DNA of 64,000 nucleotides from Giardia intestinalis (Eukaryota): NCBI GenBank assembly GCA_000002435.2, contig CM018792.1; one strand, 5' to 3'. Shown piece by piece: positions 21,701 to 31,576 of this stretch (position 1 is its first letter; each line of letters starts with the position of its first letter). The notes under the pieces were generated by a model. It saw only the letters and a program-made list of their open reading frames with translations, ran no database searches and was not told where the DNA came from. The position numbers and the translations under genes were made by a program.

Positions 21701-22654
21701 ACCAGTGCAGAGCTGCGTGAGCTTTCGGCCAAAGCACAAAGCATAATAAAAAATTCTCGTTTGAGAAAAGAAGATACACCTAGCGTTCCGAAATACAACT
21801 TCTACTCCCACAAGAGGGAGGGTGGTGAGGTCGATGAGCTTCATATAGATGAATTATCAAACACAGCGGCATCCGGACTTTCGCAATCTCGATCTAGACG
21901 ACTAGATTCCGCAGACATTGAACTTAAAGAAATAGACCAGTTATTGACAAAAGCGCAGAGCATGGGTGAAGAACTGGATAGATCATATAAAAGAATTAAT
22001 AGCTTGTACATGGAGACTATGCAAGACGTTTATGGTTCTACTACAAAGAAGGTCAAAGAGAATGGTAGCGCTCATTTAGACCAAGTGGAGCCTAAGCAAG
22101 TGGATATGCAAGTAGTAGACCAACTGCTGGTGAACAATAGCCCGTCTCGTCCGACCCAGTATCAACCTAAGAACCTGGCAGAAAAGCTAGCTCTCAGTAA
22201 AATGTCAGCATCTGGGACATCGAAGTGGTCCGCATATTCAACGGCTACTCTCACCAATGATGAACTCTTAAGGAGTGTAGATAGCATTATCGGGGACCAC
22301 CCCACTTCACACGAATCGCGGTATCAAAACGGCTCATCCGATGTGTCTAGGACGACTGACCTAGATATTAGTAGCATGAAAGAGAGCATTCGAACAAATG
22401 GCACCCCAATACTGGCTGCAAATATTGGCGACGAATCCTTTGAAAGTGTAATCGGGCTTTTGTATACTGTCCTGATGTACTTTACAAGGTCGGATCGCAG
22501 CGAAGCCTTACGCGTTTATAAGCTTAACGAACCTCGAATTCTAGCATATATAGAAGAGATTTTGGTAAAGCTACGATGTAACGAACTTCATCTGAATGAG
22601 GTGTCTGGATGCCTTTACGAATTAGTTGCAACTCTTGTCAAAGACGTTCCCTAG
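18764..22654 (+). CDS. Large protein of 1296 aa with N-terminal leucine-rich repeats (ribonuclease-inhibitor-like) and a long Ser/Thr/basic disordered middle.
   Basis: LTYLDLGYNSFGNELCTELLDSL and ISLDGNKGVKLS are LRR-like. The initiator is aaattaATG. Confidence 0.7.
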   Translation: MTHACTSWSHALDLAAQKFDVVSWGRELDRGKPTGTLRLSTSCLKDRHIRAIIYAIELGYEHITELSVHFCSDYSTDKGTERQDPFSSEGCHSTYLQWLGMTTSLSRPDSEKKSVYDRLSAGTSLSSRDNYPKDTTKGVDERALDMTVESKKRLQSMATLFRLLIRYCPLMQHLKLISFYGICPGFLSKSTITSLFSAMARNSGMYKQLDGIIVRNCPLGDDMLKSAILNLSTALSIRLLVLHTCGLTDELAGVLGAILTAHKNARDNRLWELCLRKYGPTLRESGNSAVREGHFTFAQLQKIRCMHELKGLTYLDLGYNSFGNELCTELLDSLKDDTYVHSISLDGNKGVKLSTSIMIPTYDNGDLDYIYDNLITIVKNNEDNSAENFHCSHDAEFKNKNLPIRMAERISEIENGDSRACTARSRAEQIVLQSICPDYEPSTKSNVISYLASYARSTDDLKTLMTLKAHPLVQLLLQNTTILHLLLDSSTTPTLLRFVHSRLSANRKLANKHLLENADKVLTHERDLEEAVEELREQENLQGMIKKLKLAADPINFLAAEKPVALEYDNLTPRRRSRRGKSISRIINTKHKLKDLEQLDNDISGQTTPPLDKDVYPLCSSREKASNYTQSRPQSASKVQQAKTTRRTAKRPISAEAQATQRLKENQKENIYYSNASSGFSNYSKGPLPFDVARKPRQRALSAGKNACKEDSDDVPAFRRNKPDPFASRQTQQRSVSQGKVGNTTKNAIAFTPGKETGRSLKKQISVEKLTSTKQNVAIPRQTRPNQQQTHRPATSTRWESPVLSRHNDHASVSSDDEARYSVIHSPRRPISTSKSTSLVRLSQGIPSTEPLRTSPHTKKKTSRQELPVYAPVDASALSEIEPVRSSNSPINKPDNHGSGIEQSDVNDIALNRNTEGSRDSFSKALHDNIDTIRLEHYAPPVLTEPSSVYITQEDKNKLYIRLLQDMASSQQASSEYDDTSAELRELSAKAQSIIKNSRLRKEDTPSVPKYNFYSHKREGGEVDELHIDELSNTAASGLSQSRSRRLDSADIELKEIDQLLTKAQSMGEELDRSYKRINSLYMETMQDVYGSTTKKVKENGSAHLDQVEPKQVDMQVVDQLLVNNSPSRPTQYQPKNLAEKLALSKMSASGTSKWSAYSTATLTNDELLRSVDSIIGDHPTSHESRYQNGSSDVSRTTDLDISSMKESIRTNGTPILAANIGDESFESVIGLLYTVLMYFTRSDRSEALRVYKLNEPRILAYIEEILVKLRCNELHLNEVSGCLYELVATLVKDVP

Positions 22655-23408
22655 CTCTTGCCAGCATACATTTCACAATGAAAAATGTACACTCTTGGCC
22701 TCTAATTTCAACAATTAGTCTATATAGTTTAAGAGTTCCTTTACTGATAGCTTCTTTAGGGAAACTATTCAAAGCTTTCCGGGATACTAGGTAGAGCGAT
22801 ATCAGGTGTCCCAAGGAGTTAAAGAGTGGATAAATCAGCTAATACGAAGCACCACTTATATCTGACCACCCTATCTCTGATTCTTGATAACCTAGCGCCT
22901 TAACTTCCTCTCAATGGATATGTTCTCAATTCTGTCGACTGGTTGATTCGCCATCATCGGTTATATTTTCTTTGACAAATAAGGACCCTGCTTAAGAGAA
23001 ACACACTCATACTACTGACATAACACAGGAGGCTGTCTGCGACCTGTGCATTGTCCAGCATCGCTCGATGAGTGGTTTGCTCTCTGTGATAAAACGATTG
23101 CTGAGCCAGGGCAACTCAGCGTTTTGGAGTAATTGGAGTAACATTCCTGTACTGCAGATGCAAAGACTGGTGCGAAACAAAAGGGTGACGGTGTCGAAAA
23201 CGCAAATGGTAGGAAGTTTTCTCTCGATTTTGAGCAATATTAACTGCTGTGTATAAGAAGGAAGATGTATGATTTAGCATTGCAGATTGCAGGAAGCAAC
23301 TCAGTCGGGTAGTATTTAATTCTTGAGATAGAGCAGACTTGTAAACCAGGACTTTGTTCAAGCAAAGCCTCATGAGGATCCTCATCTTTCTTCTCTGTAA
23401 GGTACTTT

Positions 23409-23900
23409 CTTAGAGTGCGCCATCGAGGAGGACGTCCCGATCGACGGGGTGTGCGTGCCGGCTGGGAGTGCTGCAGGAAACACGTGCGACAAGGGCGTCT
23501 GCACGACATGTGGCAATGGCTACTTCTTCCACTACGGGTCGTGCTACAAGTTCGGAGGGTCCCCGGGCGCCAGCATTTGCTCTGACACTACTGATACTAT
23601 TGGCTCTGTCTGTGGCTCTTGCGGATCGAAGTTCCTCAAGAACCTCAGTGCGAGCTCGTCTGCCACCTCCTGCCTCGCGTGCTACGGGCTGGACGGGACC
23701 CTCTTCTGCGAGCGCTGCCGGATGAACGTGCTCACGGACGCAGACGTGAAGCCCACCCTCTGCACACAGTGCAAAATAGGCTACGTGCCCGTGGATGGTC
23801 GTTGTGTGTCGACTTATTCCGCCTCAGCTGCACTCGCTGGATACTCAGATGTCAGCACAAGAGGGTTTCGCGAGCCAATATTGGTGGGCTCTGCTGGGAC
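23409..23900 (+). pseudogene. VSP/HCMP-like cysteine-rich gene fragment. It has no signal peptide, no transmembrane segment and no CRGKA tail.
   Basis: The open frame starts right after a TAA with no Met and reads CVPAGSAAGNTCDKGVCTTCGNGYFFHYGSCYKF...CLACYGLDGTLFCERC...CTQCKIGYVPVDGRCV. These are CXXC and GxCY motifs typical of VSP ectodomains. The frame then decays into a non-Cys tail. The segment is GC-rich. Confidence 0.55.
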
Positions 23901-24434
23901 ACTTGCAGCACCCTCACATGGATCCCTTTGTGTGTGTCTTCCACGACTATCCAGCTTGGGGATCAATGCAGTCTCTTATAGTTCTATAAACCCTTTCATT
24001 ACAGACTTTACTCGCATAACAATCTATGTATTATTACCAAGATTTACTGATAAAAGCACGGCTATTCATTGGCCTTTTCCTACTCACTGCGCTAATGCGG
24101 CCTGCTGCTAGTCCACCTAACTAAATCATTTATAGATAGTTTATCACATATAGCAGATTTATCAAATGAATAGGCCTATGGTGAGCCTTTGCTGTTAAGA
24201 TGACCGCCGAATGGTTGTCTGGATGTTAGATACTTTTATAGTAGCATTACTCGGAAAAATATACGCTTGTAAATATAAGAATAAAAGGCGCAAGAACTGC
24301 AGGAGGTCAAGACTTTATAAAGCTTCAGGTTGATTGGTTTAAAGTGATATGTCCAAAGTATTATTAGAGGCGTGCGTTTATGCGCGTGAAAATTCTTTGG
24401 AAATGTAGTAAGTCTTTTACCATTAAAAAATCCG

Positions 24435-26852
24435 ATGCTCAAGCTGCTCTTGTTATTTTTCGTCGGTTCTTTCTGTGGACTTCCAACAGGTACATACTGC
24501 AATGGTTTCGGCATAGAATGTGGGCAGGGGCATGAGCATTGCTTTTCGGGTAGGTGTCTCTTAATAGGTTCGACAAAAGTGTGCACTCGATGCGTGTCCG
24601 GCTATGTTCCGATAAATGGGGTATGCCAGCCGTATCCAGGAAGTGCTTCCTCTGTGTGTATTCCGGAAGAAGCTGAATCCTCAATTCGTTGCATCAAATG
24701 CAAACCAAACGAGAACGTGTTCCTATTTTACGGTGGCTGCTACACGGTGGATCGGTCTGCCGTTGGTGGCCAAATCTGTTCTCGTGCGTCAAATGGCAGG
24801 TGCGTCGAATGCAATGTGAGTACTCATGGGGCCTATGTCTTTACTAATCCAAACGAGACTGCAGAAGAAAGGTGCATTGCGTGCTCTGACTCAATTGGAT
24901 TTAGCGGATACGGAGGCGTTCTTGAATGCTATAGTTGCACACAGCCGGTTACTGGCGGAAAAACTACGGCATTGTGCACTAAGTGTCGTTCTCCTGAACA
25001 AAATCCAATTGACCACGAATGTCGAGCTAAGGGTCTCCATACCTGTTTTTCTGGTCTATGCGTATCGTGCTACAAAACGCACTTACTTTATCACTCTGGA
25101 TGCTACAGCCGGGGCAGTGACACAGGGTTAGCGATATGCGCAGCGAAAAACCAGTATGTGCTGGATAATGTCACTATCTGTAAGGAGTGTGTGAATACGC
25201 TCTACGCACCAAAAAGTGGAGTGTGTGTTCCTGTCGATGGAGATATTCCTGTTATGGGATTTTCTGATTGTACAAAAGATAATGATAAGGGTCTGTGCAT
25301 AAACTGTGCTAATTCTGCGGAGTATTTCCTTTTTTATGGCGGCTGTTATTACAAGAAGTCTGGAATCGGTTCGAGACTCTGCTCAGCGGTGGTCTCAGGC
25401 GTCTGCACAGAGTGGAAAACTCAGTTTGATTTCATCTTTAATAAGAATGACAATGATGGCGGCTATCTGTGCGGCGACGCTACAAATGGGGGCGTTTCTG
25501 ACTGTGCCACGTGCAGCTACGAAAGCGGTGCTGTCACTTGTACGAGCTGCTCAAAAGGGTATCTCGGAGTGGACGGGAAGTCCTGCAGTAAAAGTTGTAG
25601 TGGAGACACTCGGGGAGTGTGCACGAAGGTAACAGAAGGGAGCGAGTCAATTGAAACATCGTGTCGATGCGTCTGCATGCCGACGTTCTACAGCAGCTCT
25701 GGGACCTGCACACCATGTACGGACTCGTGCGCTGTCTGCAAGGATGGCACGCCAGATGGCTGTCAGATATGCAAACCGGGCAAAGTCCTGGAGCCGTCAG
25801 TCGTCACGAACGGTAATGCAAAGTGCGTAGATGAGTGCACTGTTGGTGACAATTGTGCAGAATGCGGCATCACCATCGACGGCAGCAGGTACTGCACGCG
25901 CTGCAAGGACTCGAATATGTACCCTCTCAACGGGGTGTGTATTCCGAACACACAAAAAGACGCGTACTGTACCAGCAAGGCGAACGGTGCTTGCACTGCC
26001 TGCTCTGAAGCGGCCTTCCTGATGAACGGGGGCTGCTACACAACAGAGTACTATCCAGGAAGCACTATCTGTGATAAGCAGTCAAACGGAAAGTGCACAA
26101 CGACCAAGAAGGGGTACTGGATATCGCCCGATGGAAAGCTGCTGGAGTGCGATCCGACATGTCTGGCGTGCACCGCCCCTGGCCCCGGCCGCTGCACCAG
26201 GTGCCCCTCTGACAAGCTCCTGAAGAGGGCCTCGGGTGCCGCCACCGGGAGTTGCGTCGACCCCGGCGCCTGTGTGGACGGGTACTACGCAGACGGAGAC
26301 GCGTGCCTGCCCTGCGCCACTCCGGGGTGCAAGACCTGCGGGCATGCCTCCTTCTGCACAGAGTGCGCGGGGGAGCTCTTCGTGAGCCTGGACGGGCAGT
26401 CGTGCTTGGAGGAGTGCACCGGGGACAAGGTGGTGGGAGAGGTGCCCGGCGGCGTGCGGAGGTGCTGGTGCGAGCGGGGTTTCCTGCCGGCGCCGGACAA
26501 GTCTGGATGTGTGCCCGCACCCGAGTGTCCCCCTGACATGTCGTGGTGTGCATCATGTGATATGTCGGGTAGGTGTCTCTCGTGTGTCACCTCGGGCCAC
26601 AACGTCCAAGTAGACCAGCGGACGTGTGCAGAAGGGTGCGGCGCCAGGGCCTCATCGAACCAGGGGGTGTGCATGTGCGAGACCAGTACGATTCTTGACA
26701 AAGGTGTCTGCATTCCTGTCAATACTCTTACCGGAAGGAAGATGGTAGTAGTTACGGCCAGTGCAGCATCAGCTGTGCTCGTAATCAGTGCCCTGATTGG
26801 CTTCCTTTGCTGGTGGTTCATCTGCAGAGGAAAGCGTCGATACTACCGTTAG
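24435..26852 (+). CDS. High-cysteine membrane protein (HCMP) of 805 aa. It is VSP-like with many CXXC repeats, a signal peptide and a C-terminal transmembrane segment ending CRGKRRYYR.
   Basis: The signal peptide is MLKLLLLFFVGSFCG. There are dozens of CxxC motifs, and FLFYGGCY motifs occur twice. The C-terminus is LIGFLCWWFICRGKRRYYR. The initiator is ccattaaaaaatccgATG. Confidence 0.85.
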   Translation: MLKLLLLFFVGSFCGLPTGTYCNGFGIECGQGHEHCFSGRCLLIGSTKVCTRCVSGYVPINGVCQPYPGSASSVCIPEEAESSIRCIKCKPNENVFLFYGGCYTVDRSAVGGQICSRASNGRCVECNVSTHGAYVFTNPNETAEERCIACSDSIGFSGYGGVLECYSCTQPVTGGKTTALCTKCRSPEQNPIDHECRAKGLHTCFSGLCVSCYKTHLLYHSGCYSRGSDTGLAICAAKNQYVLDNVTICKECVNTLYAPKSGVCVPVDGDIPVMGFSDCTKDNDKGLCINCANSAEYFLFYGGCYYKKSGIGSRLCSAVVSGVCTEWKTQFDFIFNKNDNDGGYLCGDATNGGVSDCATCSYESGAVTCTSCSKGYLGVDGKSCSKSCSGDTRGVCTKVTEGSESIETSCRCVCMPTFYSSSGTCTPCTDSCAVCKDGTPDGCQICKPGKVLEPSVVTNGNAKCVDECTVGDNCAECGITIDGSRYCTRCKDSNMYPLNGVCIPNTQKDAYCTSKANGACTACSEAAFLMNGGCYTTEYYPGSTICDKQSNGKCTTTKKGYWISPDGKLLECDPTCLACTAPGPGRCTRCPSDKLLKRASGAATGSCVDPGACVDGYYADGDACLPCATPGCKTCGHASFCTECAGELFVSLDGQSCLEECTGDKVVGEVPGGVRRCWCERGFLPAPDKSGCVPAPECPPDMSWCASCDMSGRCLSCVTSGHNVQVDQRTCAEGCGARASSNQGVCMCETSTILDKGVCIPVNTLTGRKMVVVTASAASAVLVISALIGFLCWWFICRGKRRYYR

Positions 26853-27567
26853 TGCTGCTGCGCTCTTTATCTAAGTCTACATAATGATCTCGATAGCTTA
26901 TTAGCGCACATACCCACAATAAGGCTATGATTAAGCATCGTATTCGGTGTCTTTCTACAGTGAATGACTTGAATTACACCGTTGTCTTGCTGTAACACTT
27001 GTTACTTGGGGTCCCTCGTTTCAGCCCCCATCATTGTAGCCAATACACATTGGATTGGCGATACTGTAGCGCTTCTGAGTGTGTTCTAGCCGGTATCGGA
27101 TGGCCGGCTTACTGGGACGTTGGAGGAATCGGTGATCCTGACAGTATCAGCAGAACAGGCGAGCTGGCGGGGATGTTCTGTTCAGTACGTGTAGCCACGA
27201 GTGCTAATCCAGGGGTGCACAGCGGGATGTGCGGCCGTTCAGACGGAGTCGTAGCTCTGCTCCATTGGCGTAGCCTACAATGTGCACTAGCGTAGGTATA
27301 TCCCGCCAGTGAGCTTGGAAGCCGCCCCTTCATTGGATAAGCCGCCCAGAGCCCCTCAGTCACAACGCCTTCTTGTTCCAATGATGTGGTGTGTTGTACG
27401 GCAGAAAGCCACCGGTGTGGACTCGGAAGTAGTCCCAGCCAAGATAGGCTCTATTCTGTGCACGGTGAAGTCCGGCTGCTTTACACCCCAGGTTGGGGGT
27501 AGCAAAAAATCCCCCACTGTTGTGGGCAAAGAGCCAGCCCCCGGCAACTGAGGACATTTCCCTGAAC

Positions 27568-28674
27568 ATGGATCCCTGTCTTTCTGCGCTGAAAAGGACG
27601 CCGCCGTCGTTAACTGCAGAGACGCTCACGACGCTGGTACGGGCCTCGGATGACCCTGACGTAATCTCCGCCCTGTCGTCCCCTGCTGTCATCGATGCCC
27701 TGTCTGCAAAGGCCAGGTCCACGCCAGAGCGGGAGGAGGAGCTCACGGAGGTTCTCCTCTCGCAGCAAGTCTTTCTGGCGGCAAGCAGAGCCCAGGAGTT
27801 TCTAGACACCCTCGCCGCCTCTCCGTCTTTATCTCCTCTTTTAGAGTACCTTCTAATGGCCCTCCTGCGTCTGGCACCGGAGAATAGAATCCACACGGTG
27901 TTTGCTGCCATTCTGATAAATTTTACTCGATGTCTGGGGATAACTAGGACTCTGCTGACGTCTCCTAGCTTGCCAAATGCTGCAGGGCTCATGTTTAACA
28001 TATCGTTCACCAAAGCAACGGCTGGCACTGCTCCGCTCATTCAGCGATCGCTCTACCTGCTGATCAACATTGCCACAGCCGCAGGGGACGCGCCATCCGT
28101 CGCGCACCTCTTTGTCGACTCTCTTGCGGCGAACCTTGTTGGAGCTCACATTGTTGATACCGCCGCTGATTATCCAGGGATATCCTTTCAGTACAGCCAG
28201 CTCCTCCACAACATGTTTTTGATGCTCCGACCTGCTGACCAGTCCGCTACTGGGTCCGATCAAGCAGAGAACCAGACTCAGACCGCCGAGATGCTTGAGC
28301 CGTTGGTAGAGCACATCTTGCTAGCTCTTGTTTGCGAGAGAAGCCTTGAGACCAAAGCGGAGCCACGTGGAGCCGGGCTGACTCCAGAAGAGCATGCTGC
28401 CCTGCCAGAGAGGGTTCAGACGCACATGGCCAGCCTTTCGTCGCTTAGGTTTCCCAGCGAGGAGACGCGTGCCAACCTTAGCGATTGCTTGCTCCTGTAT
28501 TGCCACACCGATCACGGAAAGAAAAGCCTGCAGGACCTGGGAGCCTATCCCCTTCTACGGGAGCTACACTTGAGCATTGTGGAGTCGCTGGGAGACCGCT
28601 GCTATCTGGCCGACTCGCTGCTGACGGTCATCGAGGGCATCATTGCCGAGCCGGATTTGGACGGTGTAAATTAG
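27568..28674 (+). CDS. Hypothetical Leu/Ala-rich protein of about 368 aa from the first ATG. The track ORF begins at a TTG at 27493.
   Basis: The ORF is long on the + strand. The overlapping antisense ORF 27360..28040 is R/S-rich junk. The first ATG, MDPCLSAL, has no A-rich initiator, so the start is uncertain. Confidence 0.45.
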   Translation: MDPCLSALKRTPPSLTAETLTTLVRASDDPDVISALSSPAVIDALSAKARSTPEREEELTEVLLSQQVFLAASRAQEFLDTLAASPSLSPLLEYLLMALLRLAPENRIHTVFAAILINFTRCLGITRTLLTSPSLPNAAGLMFNISFTKATAGTAPLIQRSLYLLINIATAAGDAPSVAHLFVDSLAANLVGAHIVDTAADYPGISFQYSQLLHNMFLMLRPADQSATGSDQAENQTQTAEMLEPLVEHILLALVCERSLETKAEPRGAGLTPEEHAALPERVQTHMASLSSLRFPSEETRANLSDCLLLYCHTDHGKKSLQDLGAYPLLRELHLSIVESLGDRCYLADSLLTVIEGIIAEPDLDGVN

Positions 28675-28690
28675 ACGCAAATATTAACAA

Positions 28691-29644
28691 ATGGCCGGGG
28701 TCTTTGCTCTCATCCTCCTCCAGGCCCTGCTGGCAGGGGCGTTTCCAGCACACAAGCCCCGTGAGCGGGTAGGCTACAACACGGTATACACTGGCTCGTG
28801 CACCTCCACGACAAACGGTGCCCGGACGGTTCTCCTGACATTCTCGGTCAAGGTAAGCAAGCACTCGATCAACATACTAAAGGCCGGATTCGATGACACG
28901 AGCCACTTCGGAATCGAACTGGCCAATCCTCCTGGCGCATCCATTACCACAGAAACCGGAGACAGCAAGAGCTACGCTATCACTGCATTTTCCAGCACGG
29001 TCTTCGGCGGAAAGGCCTCAAGCTTTGTATACACGCAGTCGGGCCAGAAATTCACATGCACAAGCGGAGAAGGTGCCAGCTGCCTAATGGACTTCAACTT
29101 CGTCAACAGCAAGTTTACCACCTCAGAAACAAAGCCGTGGGCCGATCTTGTCACAGAGAAGGTTAGGCGACACTGGCCCAAGCTCAATGGAGTGCCCACA
29201 GGCCCTCCCCCCGCCGAGCGCCTCATGGCAACTGTTAAACTATCGAACCTATCGACAAGTTCATCAACAACTACTGTTACCACCATGACTGTCTCTTCTC
29301 TTAAAGACGTACTCGAGAAGAACTATGGCAATATAGTGAGTGGCGTCACCTTAAAGTCAGACGGTAGCACTACTGCAGAGTCGCCCACGTGCACGTTCAC
29401 TGTCGCAATGGATTACGATATTGGCTGGACAGTTTGGCCCCTTGCCCTGACGGTTACCGTGGGTATCCTGGTCACGGTTGCCATCAGCGTGCTCAAGTGC
29501 TGCCCTTGCGCCGCCGTCAAGAAGCTGTACGACCGCACCAAGGCCACCGCCCTTACTCAGCCAGACGCCCTCACTGCAGAGCCAACCAACGACCCGTCAG
29601 AGGTTGACGTGCCTGAGGAGACCCTCAAGGTAGATCAGGAGTAG
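28691..29644 (+). CDS. Type I membrane protein of 317 aa with a signal peptide, a Thr/Ser-rich ectodomain and a single transmembrane helix. Hypothetical.
   Basis: MAGVFALILLQALLAGAF is signal-like. The transmembrane segment is WPLALTVTVGILVTVAISVL, followed by KCCPC. The initiator is aatattaacaaATG. Confidence 0.6.
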   Translation: MAGVFALILLQALLAGAFPAHKPRERVGYNTVYTGSCTSTTNGARTVLLTFSVKVSKHSINILKAGFDDTSHFGIELANPPGASITTETGDSKSYAITAFSSTVFGGKASSFVYTQSGQKFTCTSGEGASCLMDFNFVNSKFTTSETKPWADLVTEKVRRHWPKLNGVPTGPPPAERLMATVKLSNLSTSSSTTTVTTMTVSSLKDVLEKNYGNIVSGVTLKSDGSTTAESPTCTFTVAMDYDIGWTVWPLALTVTVGILVTVAISVLKCCPCAAVKKLYDRTKATALTQPDALTAEPTNDPSEVDVPEETLKVDQE

Positions 29645-29768
29645 CCCGGTCTTCAGTGGCACTGTGTCCCTATGTCTATTTCTATACTCTCGAATTCCCT
29701 TCAAGTGAACTAAGCGATCTGCTCATAGGGATTGAAATTGCAAGGCCGACTGATGTCGGTACAGAGCG

Positions 29769-30113
29769 CTAAAGCTCTGATCGGTAGAGACTGTGGGAGT
29801 ACTGTCTTTCTAGCTGCTTGTCGCGCTTCAGCTCGCAGCAGTGGAGGCTGATTGTGACGAGGAGGAGGATGAGGAAGGTCCCCAGGGCGAAGACAATGAC
29901 AAACGACTCGGTTCCTCTGACATCAGGGAGGAACGAGTTGAGAACCCACCGAGACGCGGCGCTCGGAGGATACTGCGATATGGTTACATAAGAATTGGGG
30001 ACAATTCCGCTCCAGTACATATAGTTGTCGTTGCCTGAATAAATGTTCCCGGCAAAGAGGACGTCGATGTACTGGGCAACGTCGCTAATGCCCCAGAACA
30101 TATGCGGGAGCAT
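29769..30113 (-). CDS. Small hypothetical membrane protein of 114 aa.
   Basis: The start is an ATG and there is one hydrophobic helix, FVIVFALGTFLILLLVTI. It has no signal peptide. It may be a remnant. Confidence 0.3.
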   Translation of the reverse strand: MLPHMFWGISDVAQYIDVLFAGNIYSGNDNYMYWSGIVPNSYVTISQYPPSAASRWVLNSFLPDVRGTESFVIVFALGTFLILLLVTISLHCCELKRDKQLERQYSHSLYRSEL

Positions 30114-30399
30114 AAGCGGGTTAGCCGCGATAGTGCAGAACTGGGGATAAACTCACCATGCCTGGACTACATCTTCATAAGGCAAGTAGCTCCTACTACA
30201 TTTGTGGATGATATCTAAATAATTAGAGCCAGTATGTTACAATTCAAATCTCTCATAGATATAACTAGTACTGATTGCTATACCTCTTTACTGTTGATAT
30301 TTTTGGTTACAGACTACAAACGCCCTATGAGCAAACCTACTAAGAGAACACAAATTAGTTTACAGAGACGAGACTTTGGGTAGTGAATGGAGCCAGGCA

Positions 30400-31569
30400 T
30401 TATGACCTCTTTGACTCGCGTACTTCATTCTCCATTTGAGTCCAATAGCACTCATGGGGATCTCCTCCCTTCTTTGAGTCCCAATATTCTGGATCTTCCT
30501 TGTATTTCTTCAAAATGGTCTCGTGGAGTAGAAGAGGAAAGACGAGAGTAGCATCCGCGCAGAGCTTTACAGGCCTGGCTGTCGGAGAAATCTTTCCCCA
30601 GCTGACTGCCTCATCACACGTTGCTCCAGCATCAGAGCCGTCGTATTCCTGTGCCGTGTTTATGTACACAGCAAAGTCGGCACCGTCGCCTGCAAACAGA
30701 TTTGCGTTAAGTATGTGGTGCTTGATGGTTCCACTTCCCAAAATTATGCAGCCATTCTTTGGAGAGTTGATGGCCTGCATATTCATTGCACGAATGTCCC
30801 CGACTACATCTATGATCAGTCCAGGGTTTTTATAGGAGTGGAAGAAGAGCATGTCCCCGAGACTACCGTCCGTTATGGCAGGACAGAATATAGGGATCTT
30901 ATTCCTGTATGCCCAGTATGCAATGGAACGTTCATCATTGATCCGCTTTCCGAGTTTCCAGATAAGTCGCGACGGCGTCCAGTGATATCCCTTACGCTGC
31001 TGCTCCACGCACTCATCGAAGATGGGGATAATCCAGTCTTCAAAGAGGCAATAGTTGTCATTGGGTACTAGGAGATTCCCGATTCGGTTAATGGAGTTCT
31101 TTCGGAGCATTGCCCCATCAGTTTTCCAGTCCCCTAGATAAGTCGGCGCAAGACACTTAATGATGTCCTCCTCAACCCCTCCTGCAGATGTGACTATCAC
31201 GTCCACCAAGGAGTGCTGCACTAGAAAGCGAATGTACTCACGAAGGCCCGAAGAAACCAAGTTTGACGTATACCCCAAGAAGACTTTGCAGCGTATCTTG
31301 GAGCGCGCAATAGGACACTCGGGATAACTTCGATTAGGATCATAGGGATCATCGCTCAGACGCCATGAGTACATTCTGTTGACTTCAGTACAGAGCTTAG
31401 AAAACCCCGTTGACGAAAATCCTATTCTAGCGTAGTTGCTCAGGATAGCATCAAGGCTTTGATTTTCGGGCTTGTTAAGATCTAGCCCATGAATCTCAAG
31501 CTTTTCCTCAATGCAGGATGCGTCGGATGCACGGATGACGTTGTCGGATGCATGCTGAATCCCGTCCAT
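30400..31569 (-). CDS. DHPS: Deoxyhypusine synthase.
   Basis: KVFLGYTSNLVSSGLREYIRFLVQHSLVDVIVTSAGGVEEDIIKCLAPTYLGDW and NRIGNLLVPNDNYCLFEDW match the DHS family core. The start is taken at MDGIQH, the first ATG. The track ORF extends further upstream on a non-ATG start. Confidence 0.85.
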   Translation of the reverse strand: MDGIQHASDNVIRASDASCIEEKLEIHGLDLNKPENQSLDAILSNYARIGFSSTGFSKLCTEVNRMYSWRLSDDPYDPNRSYPECPIARSKIRCKVFLGYTSNLVSSGLREYIRFLVQHSLVDVIVTSAGGVEEDIIKCLAPTYLGDWKTDGAMLRKNSINRIGNLLVPNDNYCLFEDWIIPIFDECVEQQRKGYHWTPSRLIWKLGKRINDERSIAYWAYRNKIPIFCPAITDGSLGDMLFFHSYKNPGLIIDVVGDIRAMNMQAINSPKNGCIILGSGTIKHHILNANLFAGDGADFAVYINTAQEYDGSDAGATCDEAVSWGKISPTARPVKLCADATLVFPLLLHETILKKYKEDPEYWDSKKGGDPHECYWTQMENEVRESKRS

Positions 31570-31576
31570 GCTCCGG

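Noticed and set aside
27360-28040. 226-aa reverse-strand ORF overlapping the plus-strand 27568..28674 gene.
   Set aside because: It is R/S-rich low-complexity antisense translation of a GC-rich gene. The plus-strand frame is longer and has protein-like composition.
30114-30165. ATGGTGAGT upstream of the 114-aa membrane ORF as a possible GT-AG intron supplying a signal-peptide exon.
   Set aside because: Known Giardia introns use GTATGT and a fused branch/acceptor motif. The nearest AG is not in the proper context.
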